From sequence record OP902294.1: DNA of 64,000 nucleotides, one strand, 5' to 3'. The notes under the pieces are model-generated. The model was not told where the DNA came from and made no database searches. It saw only the letters and a program-made list of their open reading frames with translations. The translations under genes and the position numbers were made by a program. Below, piece by piece: positions 20,232-33,379 of the stretch; positions within the stretch are counted from its first letter, which is position 1, and each line of letters starts with the position of its first letter. The DNA comes from Staphylococcus phage BSwM-KMM1.

Positions 20232-21278
20232 ATGAAAACTAGAAAATTAACCAATATACTATCGAAGTTAATAGATAAGACAATGACAGGTACAAGTAAG
20301 ATAACAGATTTTACACCAGGGTCAGCTTCTCGTTCATTATTAGAAGCTGTATCACTAGAGATAGAGCAATTTTATATACTAACAAAAGAGAATATTAATT
20401 GGGGTATTCAAGAAGGTATTATTGAGGCTTTTGATTTTCAAAAGAGACAATCTAAAAGAGCGTATGGTGATGTAACCATTCAATTTTATCAACCCTTAGA
20501 TATGCGGATGTATATACCTGCAGGAACAACTTTTACCTCAACACGTCAAGAGTACCCGCAACAGTTTGAAACATTAGTTGATTATTATGCAGAACCTGAT
20601 TCCACTGAGATTGTAGTAGAGGTATATTGTAAAGAAACAGGGGTTGCAGGGAATGTACCTGAGGGAACAATTAATACAATAGCATCAGGCTCTAGTTTAA
20701 TTAGAAGTGTTAATAACGATTTATCTTTTAATACAGGTACTAAAGAAGAAAGCCAAGAAGATTTTAAACGTAGATTCCATTCTTTCGTAGAATCTAGAGG
20801 AAGAGCAACTAATAAATCAGTACGATATGGTGCCCTACAAATACCTGACGTTGAAGGTGTTTACGTTTATGAAGAAATAGGTCATATCACTGTATACGCC
20901 CATGATAGAAACGGTAACTTATCAGATACTTTAAAAGAAGATGTAACTAATGCTTTACAAGACTATAGACCTAGTGGTATAATGTTAGATGTTACAGGAG
21001 TAGAAAAAGAAGAAGTTAATGTTTCTGCTACAGTAACAATATCTAATAAATCTAGAATTGGTGATACATTACGTAGACATATTGAAGGCGTAATTAGAAG
21101 TTACTTAAATAATTTAAAAACATCCGATGACTTAATTATTACAGACCTTATACAGGCAATAATGAATATTGATGATGTATTAATTTATGATGTGGCATTT
21201 GATAACTTAGATGAAAACATTATAGTACCACCACAAGGAATTATTAGAGCAGGAGAAATACAAGTAGAATTGAAGTAA
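20232..21278 (+). CDS. baseplate J-like protein (348 aa)
   Basis: Intact 348-aa ORF. Size and position match the T4 gp6/J family in Twort-like baseplate modules. RBS AGGAAAGGA. Confidence 0.55.
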   Translation: MKTRKLTNILSKLIDKTMTGTSKITDFTPGSASRSLLEAVSLEIEQFYILTKENINWGIQEGIIEAFDFQKRQSKRAYGDVTIQFYQPLDMRMYIPAGTTFTSTRQEYPQQFETLVDYYAEPDSTEIVVEVYCKETGVAGNVPEGTINTIASGSSLIRSVNNDLSFNTGTKEESQEDFKRRFHSFVESRGRATNKSVRYGALQIPDVEGVYVYEEIGHITVYAHDRNGNLSDTLKEDVTNALQDYRPSGIMLDVTGVEKEEVNVSATVTISNKSRIGDTLRRHIEGVIRSYLNNLKTSDDLIITDLIQAIMNIDDVLIYDVAFDNLDENIIVPPQGIIRAGEIQVELK

Positions 21279-21401
21279 AGAGAGGTGAGACTTAAGTCGT
21301 GGCTAATTTTTAAAAAATCTTCATCCATTATTAAGAAGAAATAGAAATAAAAAGATAATCAAGACCCTAACTTTGCCTTAATTGATACTCTTAATGAGGA
21401 A

Positions 21402-23515
21402 ATGAATCAGGTAGAGAGGGATGCAATAGAAAGTAAATTACAGTCATCTTTAAAGACAGCAACAAGTGAGTACCTAGATAAATTCGGGGATTGGTTTGGT
21501 GTCTATAGAAAGACAGATGAGAATGATGATGACTATAGAGCAAGGATTATAAAATATTTACTCTTGAAAAGAGGAACTAATAATGCTATAATTGAGGCTA
21601 TAAAAGATTATTTAGGTAAAGATGACATTGATGTTAGTGTATATGAACCCTTTACAAATATCTTTTATACTAATAAATCACATTTAAATGGTGAAGACTA
21701 CTTAATGGGGTACTACTATAGATTTGCTGTTATTAACGTTTCTATAGGTGATTACTTCCCTGTAGAGATTATAGATGTAATTAATGAGTTCAAACCTGCA
21801 GGTGTAACATTGTATGTTACTTATGATGGGGCTTCTACTATTAGAGGTGGGTCAATCATTAAATGGTTGGATGGACTACCTAAAATAGAAACATACCAAG
21901 AATACGAAAGATTTATAGGATATGATGATACTTTTTATGGTCACATTAATATGAATGAGAGTAAAGATAGTGATAATAGCTCCTCAGACATATTTAAAAC
22001 GAACCATAGCTTAATAAATAGTTCAGATGTTCTAGCAGGCTCTTCTAGTATAGGTAGGCAGTATGTTAACTATGGTTATACAACTTCTTATACCTACAAT
22101 CCGGATATGACATCATCAGTAAACCAAATAAGTGCTAGTACAAACGGAAGAGGTCAGGAAGTACCATATGACTACTATATGTACACTGGTGTACGAAATA
22201 ACAACACCGTAGAACTTGAGATGCAGACATCATCAGGTGTATCTTACTTGTATAATAACTTTAATTTTAGGGACTATATGAGTAAATATAGACCTCAAGT
22301 AGATATACAATCAGATGAGTCAAGAAAGATAGTATCAGATTATATTAAAGAATTAAGTATTGATTACTATCTTAGTGCCGTAATACCTCCCGATGAAAGT
22401 ATAGAAATTAAATTACAAGTTTATGATTTCTCTATTGATAGATGGCTTACAGTATCAATTAATAATCTATCTTTCTATGAGGAAAATATAGGCAGTAATA
22501 TTGGTTATGTAAAAGATTACTTAAACAATGAACTAAATATGTTTACTAGACTAGAAATTAATGCAGGTAGAAGAGATTCCGTAGATATTAAAGTTAACTA
22601 TTTAGATTTAATGTTTTATTACTATGAAAGAAATGTTTATACAATAAAACCGTATAAGGCAATAGTAGAAAATTATTTAGATATAACTAGAGAGGCTTAT
22701 GTAGAAGCATTTAAAATAGCTTCCTTGAATAACGGAGATATTATATCTAAATCAGGGTTCCAACCTATCGGGTATTTAAGAGTATCGGGAGATATTGATA
22801 ACTTCAGTAATCATATAGAAATTATTACCACAGACAATAATACGGATAGTATCTCAAGCATTATTTTAAAAGACGACCTTAATAGTTTTATATTATCATA
22901 TGGTAACGTAAAAACTAATATACACAATTTTGTATTAAATAGTGACACTTTAATTTCGAATATTAAATTTGAATATTCTTATTATGGTGATTCCTGGGAA
23001 GAACTGACAAAATTAACTGAAATCCCTGAGGGTGAAACTATAATACCTAATATATTAATAGATTTATATGGATTACAAACAGTAGATTATTCTAATATAA
23101 ACCCAATGTCAAATATATCGTTACGTTCTATTTGGGATGTTAAATTAGGGAACTTAATAATAAAGAAGGCTCTTTATCAAATATGTCTAACAACTATTTT
23201 AATGCTGTATGGCAAGATATAGATAAGTTAACAGACATAAATTTTAGTTCTATGAAAATAGTTAAAGATACTGAGGGTGGAGTATTCGATGGTGCTACTG
23301 GGGAAGTTATTAGAGCTACAGTCTTAAATGCAGATACCTATACTGACTTAGATAAATTGTCTTATACTCTAAATAAATATATTGAACCATTGACTTTAGG
23401 TTCTAGTAGGTTAATAAGTGAGCTGAAAGATGAGTTACTAACAACAGAGTCCCTCAATATAGATAACAGAATTAAAGTAGTAGATACCGATACAGAAATT
23501 ACAATTAATGAATAA
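21402..23515 (+). CDS. large tail/baseplate morphogenetic protein of about 704 aa (frame change at about 23190; true start uncertain)
   Basis: ORFs 21402-23222 and 23183-23515 join after a 1-nt fix. The frame is open from 21351 with no start codon, so the 5' end or upstream region may also carry an indel. Confidence 0.5.
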
Positions 23516-23535
23516 ATAAATAAATAAATAAATAA
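23513..23535. repeat. (AAAT)5 microsatellite
   Basis: TAAATAAATAAATAAATAAATAA begins in the stop codon of the preceding gene. Confidence 0.8.
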
Positions 23536-23559
23536 GTTGACAGAAAGTTAATAATATGG
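23531..23559 (+). promoter_or_regulatory. sigma-A-like promoter TTGACA-N17-TATACT
   Basis: Perfect hexamers. Followed by a 9-bp inverted repeat (ATGGTATAC ... GTATACCAT, 23552-23593) and a late-type motif TGTTATATTAATAA at 23594. Confidence 0.6.
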
Positions 23560-23573
23560 TATACTTAAAAAGT

Positions 23574-23603
23574 AATATTTAGTGGGTATACCATGTTATA
23601 TTA
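23574..23603 (+). promoter_or_regulatory. candidate late promoter TAGTGG-N17-TGTTATATTA
   Basis: Same bipartite motif as at 5044, 18125 and 55957. 35 nt upstream of the 23639 ATG. Confidence 0.45.
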
Positions 23604-23623
23604 ATAAAGAAAACAACAGATGA

Positions 23624-24159
<536 letters not shown>

Positions 24160-24179
24160 GGAAAGGAAGATAATTCTAA

Positions 24180-27100
24180 ATGGCAATTAATTTTAAAGGT
24201 TCACCTTATTTAGATAGATTTGACCCATCTAAAGATAGAACAAAAGTATTATTTAATCCTGATAGACCTCTACAACAGGCAGAATTAAATGAAATGCAGT
24301 CTATAGACCAATATTATTTAAAAAATCTAGGAGACGCTATCTTTAAAGATGGAGATAAACAATCAGGACTTGGATTTACATTATCTCAAGACAATGTAGT
24401 AACAATAAACCCTGGTTATGTATATATTAACGGTAAAATACGATATTATGATAATGATGACTCAGTTAAAATAACTGGAGTAGGTAAAGAAACAATAGGT
24501 ATTAAGTTAACAGAACGTATTATAACACCTGATGAGGATGCTAGTTTACTAGACCAAACTAGTGGAGTACCAAGTTACTTTTCTAAAGGTGCAGATAGAC
24601 TAGAAGAAAAGATGACATTAACAGTTAACGACCCTACCTCAGCAACTATATATACCTTTATGGATGGAGACTTATACATCCAATCAACTAACGCTGAAAT
24701 GGAGAAAATCAATAAAGTGTTAGCTGAACGTACTTATGATGAGTCAGGTTCATATAAAGTAAGTGGCTTTGAGTTATTCTCAGAAGGCAATGCTGAATCT
24801 GATGACCATGTGTCTGTAGTTGTAGATGCAGGTAAAGCGTATGTAAAAGGTTTTAAAGTAGATAAACCAGTATCAACAAGAATTAGTGTGCCAAAATCTT
24901 ATGACTTAGGTACAGCAGAAAATGAAAGTACAATATTTAATAAATCTAATGACTCTATTAGTTTAGCTAATAGCCCAGTAAAAGAAATAAAACGTGTTAC
25001 AGGGCAAGTACTTGTTGAGAAAGAACGTGTTACGAGAGGTTCAACAGGGGATAGTCAAGACTACTTATCTAATAACACAGCATTTGAAATTGTAAAAGTT
25101 TGGACGGAAACAAGTCCAGGACAAACAACAAAAGAATATAAACAAGGGGAAGACTTTAGACTAACAGATGGTCAAACAATTGATTGGTCTCCTCAAGGAC
25201 AAGAACCTAGTGGAGGTACTTCATACTATGTATCATATAAATACAATAAACGTATGGAAGTTGGAACGGACTATGAAGTAACAACTCAAGGTGAAGGTTT
25301 AGGTAAGAGATGGTATATTAATTTTACCACTTCAAACGGAGTTAAACCTATTGACCAAACAGTAGTATTAGTAGATTATACCTACTATTTAGCTCGTAAA
25401 GATGCTGTATTTATTAACCAATACGGTGACATTGCAGTATTACCAGGTGAACCGAATATTATGAGATTGGTTACTCCACCTCTTAATAATGACCCTGAGA
25501 ACCTGCAGTTAGGTACAGTTACAATATTACCCGATTCAGATGAAGCAGTTTGTATTTCATTTGCAGTCACTAGATTATCTATGGAAGACTTACAGAAAGT
25601 TAAAACAAGAGTAGATAACTTAGAATACAATGAGGCAGTTAACGCTCTTGATGACGGGGCTATGGAAGGGCAAAACCCATTACACTTACGTTCAGTATTT
25701 AGTGAAGGTTTCATTAGTCTTGATAAATCAGATATTACACATCCTGACTTTGGTGTTGTATTTAGTTTCGAAGATGCAGAAGCTACTCTAGCGTATACAG
25801 AAGCAGTAAATCAACCTAAGATTATACCGGGAGATACAACAGCTCATGTTTGGGGTAGATTAATATCTGCACCATTTACAGAAGAGCGTACTATTTATCA
25901 AGGTCAAGCGTCAGAAGCATTAAACGTTAACCCTTATAATATCCCTAATAAACAAGGTGTATTGAAACTAACACCTAGTGAGGATAACTGGATTGATACA
26001 GAAAATGTAACAATAACAGAACAAAAAACTAAGAAAGTAACAATGAAACGATTTTGGAGACATAACGAAAGTTACTTTGGTGAAACAGAGCAAATGCTCT
26101 ATAATAACTTACAGTTAGATGCCGGACAAAAATGGGGTAACATGCAATCCAATGCAGGTGAAGCCTATCGTTATGATACAAAATATGGAAGAACAGGAAC
26201 AATGCTTACTTCAGGAGGACAACGTACTTTAGAAGAAATGATTGAATTTATTAGAATTCGAGACGTATCCTTTGAAGTTAAAGGTTTAAACCCTAATGAT
26301 AATAACTTATACCTATTATTTGATGGTGTAAGATGTCCTATTACACCTGCAACTGGTTATAGAAAAGGTTCTGAAGATGGAACTATTATGACAGATGCTA
26401 AAGGTACAGCTAAGGGTACATTTACTATTCCTGCAGGTATCCGTTGCGGTAACCGAGAAGTTACACTTAAAAATGCTAACTCTACAAGTGCTACAACTTA
26501 TACAGCCCAAGGACGTAAAAAATCGTTCAAGATATTATTATTAGAACTCGTGTAACAGTAAACTTAGTAGACCCATTAGCACAGTCATTCCAGTATGATG
26601 AAAACAGAACTATCTCATCATTAGGTTTATATTTTGCTTCTAAAGGAGATAAACAATCTAACGTTGTTATCCAAATTAGAGGTATGGGTGACCAAGGTTA
26701 CCCTAATAAAACAATCTATGCAGAGACAGTAATGAATGCGGATGATATTAAGGTATCTAACAATGCTAGTGCTGAAACTAGAGTATACTTTGATGACCCT
26801 ATGATGGCTGAAGGCGGTAAGGAATACGCTATTGTTATTATCACTGAGAACAGTGATTACACAATGTGGGTAGGTACTAGAACTAAGCCTAAGATTGATA
26901 AGCCTAATGAAGTAATTTCCGGTAACCCATATCTACAAGGTGTACTATTCAGTTCATCAAACGCATCAACATGGACTCCTCATCAAAACTCAGACCTTAA
27001 ATTTGGTATTTATACTTCTAAATTTAATGAAACAGCTACAATTGAGTTTGAACCAATTAAAGATGTGTCTGCAGATAGAATAGTTCTTATGTCTACGTAC

Positions 27101-27655
27101 TTAACACCTGAAAGAACAGGATGTACTTGGGAAATGAAAATAATTTTAGATGATATGGCATCATCTACAACATTTGACCAATTGAACTGGCAACCTGTTG
27201 GTAACTACCAAGACTTAGATGTTTTAGGTTTAGCAAGACAAGTTAAATTAAGAGCAACATTTGAATCAAATAGATATATCTCACCATTAATGAGTTCTAG
27301 TGATTTAACATTCACTACATTCTTAACAGAGCTTACAGGTTCTTATATAGGAAGAGCTATTGATATGACTGAAGCACCTTATAACACAATAAGATTTAGT
27401 TATGAAGCTTTCTTACCTAGAGGTACTAAGGTAGTTCCTAAATACTCTACAGATGATGGTAAAACTTGGAATACATTTACTAAACCTGCTACAACTACTA
27501 AAGCTAACAATGAATTTACACGATACACTATTGATGAAAAAGTAAAAGAATCAGGTACAAATACTAAATTACAAGTAAGATTAGATTTATCAACTGAAAA
27601 TAGCTTTTTACGTCCTCGTGTTCGTAGACTTATGGTTACTACTAGGGATGAATAA
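24180..27655 (+). CDS. large adsorption-associated tail protein of about 1158 aa (A-run frame change at about 26525)
   Basis: ORFs 24180-26555 and 26684-27655 are bridged by open frame 26556-26683 after a 1-nt correction. Length matches the roughly 1150-aa adsorption-associated tail protein of K-like phages. Confidence 0.6.
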
Positions 27656-27658
27656 ACT

Positions 27659-27686
27659 AGAGGGGTTGATTGACCCCTCTTTATTT
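27659..27686 (+). terminator. rho-independent terminator
   Basis: AGAGGGG/CCCCTCT stem with an 8-nt loop, then TTATTT. Confidence 0.7.
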
Positions 27687-27703
27687 AATAAGGAGAGATT
27701 TAT

Positions 27704-27862
27704 ATGCCTAGAGAAGTTAGAGACCCTTACTCTCAAGCTAAATTATTTATACCTACAGTTGAAGAGAAATCAATTAAGGAATTAGAAAAAACATACAAAG
27801 AAAAGATTAATGAAGTTGATAGACTTCTTAATGAATTAAAGAAAGAGAGAGGAGACAAATAG
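27704..27862 (+). CDS. small 52-aa protein
   Basis: ATG after AAGGAGAG. Encodes MPREVRDPYSQAKLFIPTVEEKSIKELEKTYKEKINEVDRLLNELKKERGDK. Its stop overlaps the next ATG. Confidence 0.4.
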   Translation: MPREVRDPYSQAKLFIPTVEEKSIKELEKTYKEKINEVDRLLNELKKERGDK

Positions 27863-29775
27863 ATGGCATTTGAATATACGCCTCTTACTGAATCACAAAA
27901 GTTAAAAGATATGTACCCTAAGGTTAATGATATAGGTAACTTTTTAAAGACAAAGGTTAACCTAAGTAATATAACGACTATAAGTGGTGCTGACTTTAAT
28001 AACATCTTATCATCTATCCCTGATAGCGGTAATTACTATGTTACTACTTCTAAAAACCAACCACCGGAAGAGAGTTGGAATGGGTTCGTTAGACTTGATA
28101 AACGAAGTGAAACTTATTACAAAATATACTATTCACCTTTTAACAGTAATAATATGTATGTTAAGACCTATGCTAATGGTACTGTATACAATTGGGTTAG
28201 GTTTAAATTAGATGAAGGTAGCTTATATGAAGAAGGTAATACACTTAATGTAAAAGAGCTTTCTGAATCTACAACACAATATGCAACTTTATTAAACCCA
28301 CCGAAAGAAGACTTAAATACAGGTTGGGTTAGCTATAAAGAAAGTAAAAATAGTATTTCATCTTTAGTAGAATTTAACCCTGTTAACTCTACCTCAACTT
28401 TCAAGATGATAAGAAGACTACCAGTACAAGAACAAAATCCTAACTTACTGAGAGATAGCTTATTTGAGGAAACACAATACAATCTAAAATCATACGAAGA
28501 TAGAGTAAGTAATTGGTATTGGGATACAATATATTCATCTGATACCTCAATTACAAACGATATAAGTTTCGAAGGGTATAAAACAGCTAAAGTAACTAAT
28601 AATGGGACTGCAAAATACCCTATTATGAGAAGTAGAGGACTGGAAATAGGTAAGGATGTGCAACCAGGAGAAGAATTAACATTCTCTACTTATTTGTATG
28701 TACCTAGTTTAGAAGCAATGAAAGAGAATGCATTTTACATTCAAATAGATAAATACACTGATGATTTGCTAGATGTTAATACTTCCATCCGAAGTTCTAA
28801 TTATTATAAAGCAGATTTAAAAGAAAAAGAATGGCAGAAAATAACAGTAACAGCTACAGTACCTCCTGTAACAGAAGCTAAATATATAGCATGTGCTATG
28901 CGTATTACTACTGTTAACTCAGGAATAGGGACAGATATGACAGGTTACTATGCTTTACCTAAATTAGAAAAAGGCAATAAAGCTACACCTTTCATAACAC
29001 ATAAGGATGATAAAGTACAATATGACGAAATTTGGTCTAATTGGATAGAGAATGTCGATGAACAATCAATCTTAAATAATTATACTTCAGATATAAATAC
29101 AAATAACTACTTTAAGTATGCATGGTTTAAAGATGAAGTAGGGGACTTAACACTTAAAGACTTAATTATGACAGTACCACAGGGATTCCACACTTTTTAT
29201 TGTCAAGGTAGTATTGAAGGTACACCGAGAAACCGTTCTATAAGAGGTACGATACAAGTAGACTATGACAAAGGAGACCCAAATAGTACTAATAGATTTA
29301 TTAATGTACAGTTTACAGATAGTCAAGGTCTAAACTACACCCTCTATTATGGAGGTCACAATCAAGGATGGAAACCTATAAGACAGCAAAAAGTAGCTAC
29401 ACATTTATGGGAAGGTACATTCGATTACAATAGTAAAGAGACATTAACTCTATCAGACTCTATTTTAAACTATGATATTTTAGAAATAACTTACTTAACT
29501 CAATCAGCAGGTCATTATAAAGTAGCAGAGTTAGATATGAGACCCCTAACAACTCCGTTCTTATATCTCAGAGATTTTAACCTATCTAATTCGGCTACAG
29601 GCTCAGGAGTAGACTTTTTGAAGGGTACTTAACATTCCCTACTAATACTACTGCCAAAGCAGGAATGGTTAAAATGGTATCCCTAGATGGAACTACGAAT
29701 ACGACATCAGTACGTTCTTGGAACGCTGATAATGTAATAACAATATATAGAATAATAGGAATTAATACATTATAA
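27863..29775 (+). CDS. tail fibre / receptor-binding protein candidate of about 637 aa (T-run frame change at about 29620)
   Basis: 589-aa ORF plus a C-terminal extension to the TAA at 29773-29775 after a 1-nt fix. N, T, Y and S-rich fibre-like composition. Position matches the roughly 640-aa RBP of K-like phages. Confidence 0.5.
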
Positions 29776-29788
29776 GGAGACATAAAAC

Positions 29789-30153
29789 ATGGTAGTAAAA
29801 TACGATATAGGTGAAGATGAATTAGTTTTACACTTAAGATATGGTAAATATATAACAGGGTTTACTGTCTACGGAGGTTACTCAGAAGAAAACGGACAAG
29901 TTAAAGTAAAGAGAGATTTTACCTCCTTACTTTTTTGATGACTTTGCTGTCAGTAAGTACCTATACTACGAAAAACCGGAAGAAGTTATAGAAAATAAAG
30001 ATTATACTCCCCTAATTACGGTAGTGTAGAAGATGAGACAAGTAACCCTCCAGTTGAAGAAACAGTATCTAAAGAAGAATACGATAAGTTAAAAGAAGAA
30101 ATGGATGAAATTAAAAAACTTCTAGAACAATTAATGAAACAAAAGGGGTAATA
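29789..30153 (+). CDS. small hypothetical protein of about 120 aa (two frame changes)
   Basis: MVVKYDIGEDELVLHLRYGK... continues through two 1-nt shifts to ...EEMDEIKKLLEQLMKQKG. Confidence 0.3.
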
Positions 30154-30157
30154 GCCA

Positions 30158-31534
30158 ATGGCATTAAATTTCACTACAATAACTGACAACAATGTTATTA
30201 AGGATTTGACAGTTCAAGTAAATAACATTGGGGAAGAATTAACAAAAGAAAGAAATATATTTGACATTACAGATGACTTAGTATATAATTTTAATAAGTC
30301 ACAGAGAGTTAAGTTAACAGATGACAAAGGACTAGCTAAAGCCTATGGAAATATAACTACTCTTAAGGACATAAAAGAGCCAGGTTACTATTATATTAAT
30401 GCAAGAGCCTTTGCAATGTTAACAGATAAACCTGATATAGAATCTATTGATGTAGTACTTCAGGTACTACCTTTAGAATCTTCTAACCGAGTAGTACAAC
30501 ACTTATATACTTTGTCTACTAATAATAGTCAAATTAAGACTATATATAGATATGTTTCAGGAAATTCAAGTTCAGAGTGGCAGTTTATTCAAGGACTACC
30601 AAGTAATAAAAATTCTGTTATATCAGGTTCTAACTTAGAAGATTTAACTTCCCCTGGAGTATACTTTGTAACAGGTATGACAGGCGGTATGCCTGATGGA
30701 GTTAGCTCAGGGTTCTTAGAATTAAATATAGATGCTAATGATAATAGATTAGCTAAGGTAACTGATATTGAAACAGGTAAACAATATACTAACATTAAAA
30801 AATCTGCCGGTGTTTATATAGGATGGGTAAAAGAGTTTGAACCTAAGGATATGGAAAAATACTTTATAAGTAGTATAAGAGAAGATGGTAATGCTTCTTT
30901 TCCTCTGCTAGTATACGCTAGTGATAACGTCACTTTCCAACAAGCTGTTTTAAATCATGTAGATAAAACAGGGCAAACAACGTTCACTTTCTATGTTCAG
31001 GGAGGCGTTGCAGGCTCTCCTATGACAAACAGTTGTAGAGGTATATTCATGTCAGATACCCCTGCCACTTCTAGTTTCCATGGTGTTTACAATGCAATAG
31101 GTACAGATGGTAGAAATGTTACAGGGTCTGTAAGTAGTGGAAACTGGACAACACCTAAAGCTTCTCCTTCCTATAAAGAATTATGGACTGGGGCACAATC
31201 ATTTTCCTCTATTGGAACTTCCAAGAAGTTAGAAGACGATATAAGTAATTATTCATATGTAGAGGTTTATACTAAACATAAAACTGTAGAGAAAACTAAG
31301 GGAAATGATGATACAGGAACTATTTGCCATAAGTTTTATTTAGATGGTAGTAAAACTTATGTTTGTTCAGGAACTTTTGTTTCAGGAGAAAAAACAGACA
31401 AAACAGTACCTGTTACAGAATTTTATAGAGTAGGTATTAATTTTTCAGGAACAACTTGGAAAGTAGTAGATAGTGCAGTACAAAATAATAAAACTCAATA
31501 CGTCACAAGAATTATAGGTATTAATATGCCATAG
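30158..31534 (+). CDS. tail fibre / receptor-binding protein (458 aa)
   Basis: Intact ORF. Size and position match the 458-aa RBP/fibre ORF of K-like phages. Followed by a terminator. Confidence 0.55.
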   Translation: MALNFTTITDNNVIKDLTVQVNNIGEELTKERNIFDITDDLVYNFNKSQRVKLTDDKGLAKAYGNITTLKDIKEPGYYYINARAFAMLTDKPDIESIDVVLQVLPLESSNRVVQHLYTLSTNNSQIKTIYRYVSGNSSSEWQFIQGLPSNKNSVISGSNLEDLTSPGVYFVTGMTGGMPDGVSSGFLELNIDANDNRLAKVTDIETGKQYTNIKKSAGVYIGWVKEFEPKDMEKYFISSIREDGNASFPLLVYASDNVTFQQAVLNHVDKTGQTTFTFYVQGGVAGSPMTNSCRGIFMSDTPATSSFHGVYNAIGTDGRNVTGSVSSGNWTTPKASPSYKELWTGAQSFSSIGTSKKLEDDISNYSYVEVYTKHKTVEKTKGNDDTGTICHKFYLDGSKTYVCSGTFVSGEKTDKTVPVTEFYRVGINFSGTTWKVVDSAVQNNKTQYVTRIIGINMP

Positions 31535-31560
31535 ACTAGGATAAACTCCTAGTCTTTTTT
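31534..31560 (+). terminator. rho-independent terminator closing the tail module
   Basis: GACTAGGA/TCCTAGTC stem, TAAAC loop, then TTTTTT. Confidence 0.75.
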
Positions 31561-31561
31561 C

Positions 31562-31590
31562 TTGACTTAATAAGCATTCTGTGCTATACT
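31562..31590 (+). promoter_or_regulatory. sigma-A-like promoter TTGACT-N17-TATACT
   Basis: Immediately downstream of the terminator. Drives the replication module. Confidence 0.6.
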
Positions 31591-31621
31591 ATAACTCGTG
31601 TAAGGATATAAGGAGATTAAA

Positions 31622-33366
31622 ATGAAATTACGAATTAAGAACTTATATACCTATGTAGAATTTGAGGAGGATGATAAATACTTAAAAGATATATTTTTAA
31701 AGAGAGTCCATACTACAATCGGGGCAAGACAGGAAGGGTTTCAATACAGCCCTGCATACAAGAGAGGTAGTTGGGATGGTTACGTAGACTTTTATGTTTA
31801 TGAGGAAGATAAATTCCCTACTGGACTTTTATTTAAGATTGAGTTATTATTAGGAGAGTTACAATCAAGATATAACTTCCAGTTTGAAACGATTGATGAA
31901 CGTGATGAAAGTTTCTTATCAGAAGAGGATATTGATGATGAAATAACTTTACTAGATAATAATATCGGTCAGATAACTTTAAGAGACTATCAGTATGAGG
32001 CAGTATATAATAGTTTAACATTCTATAATGGTATTGCTCATTTAGCAACCAACGGAGGTAAAACAGAGGTTGCTAGTGGTATTATAGACCAATTACTTCC
32101 TCAGCTAGAGAGAGGAGAAAGAGTAGCTTTCTTCACAGGCTCTACAGAAATTTTTCATCAGTCTGCAGATAGGTTAAAAGAAAGATTAAATATCCCTATC
32201 GGTAAAGTAGGAGCAGGTAAGTTTGATGTTAAACAAGTTACAGTTGTAATGATACCTACATTAAACGCTAACCTTAAAGACCCAACACAAGGGGTTAAAG
32301 TTACACCTAAGCAGAATATTAGTAAAAAGATTGCACAAGAAATACTCCCTAAATTTGAAGGAGGTACTAACCAAAAGAAATTACTTAAAGTACTACTAGA
32401 AAATACAACACCAAAAACAAAGGTAGAGCAAAATGTATTAAATGTTTTAGAGTTAATTTATCAAAACAGTAAAACAGATGCAGAGGTCTTACTAAATCTA
32501 AAGAAACACAATGCTCACTTTCAAAAAGTTGTTAGAGAAAAGAATGAAAAGAAATATGATAAGTATCAAGATATGAGAGATTTTTAGACTCAGTGACTGT
32601 TATGATAGTTGATGAAGCTCATCACTCTAAATCAGACTCATGGTACAATAACCTAATGACTTGTGAGAAAGCACTTTATAGGATTGCACTAACAGGTTCT
32701 ATAGATAAGAAAGATGAATTACTGTGGATGAGACTACAAGCCTTGTTTGGTAATGTTATAGCTAGAACTACTAATAAGTTCTTAATTGATGAAGGACATT
32801 CAGCTAGACCTACAATAAATATTATACCTGTAGCTAATCCTAATGATATAGACAGAATTGATGATTATAGGGAAGCTTACGACAAAGGTATAACAAATAA
32901 TGATTTTAGGAATAAACTTATTGCAAAACTAACAGAAAAGTGGTATAATCAAGATAAAGGTACATTAATCATTGTAAACTTCATAGAGCACGGAGATACA
33001 CTATCTGAGATGTTAAATGACTTAGACGTAGAACACTACTTCTTACATGGAGAAATAGACTCTGAAACTAGGAGAGAAAAATTAAATGATATGAGAAGTG
33101 GTAAACTAAAAGTAATGATAGCTACATCTCTTATTGATGAGGGTGTAGATATATCCGGAATTAACGCATTAATATTAGGAGCCGGAGGTAAGTCACTAAG
33201 ACAAACCTTACAGCGTATTGGTCGTGCATTACGTAAGAAAAAGATGATAATACCACACAAATATTTGATTTTAATGATATGACTAACAGATTTTTATACA
33301 CGCATTCTAACGAACGTAGAAAAATCTATGAAGAAGAGGATTTTGAAATAAAAGACTTAGGAAAAT
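31622..33366 (+). CDS. SF2 DEAD/DEAH-box DNA helicase of about 581 aa (T-run frame change at about 32585, A-run at about 33245)
   Basis: Motif I LATNGGKT, motif II VMIVDEAHH and motif VI LRQTLQRIGRALR. ORFs 31622-32587, 32593-33282 and the tail to 33366 join after 1-nt fixes. Confidence 0.8.
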
Positions 33367-33379
33367 AGGAGGGTAAGAG

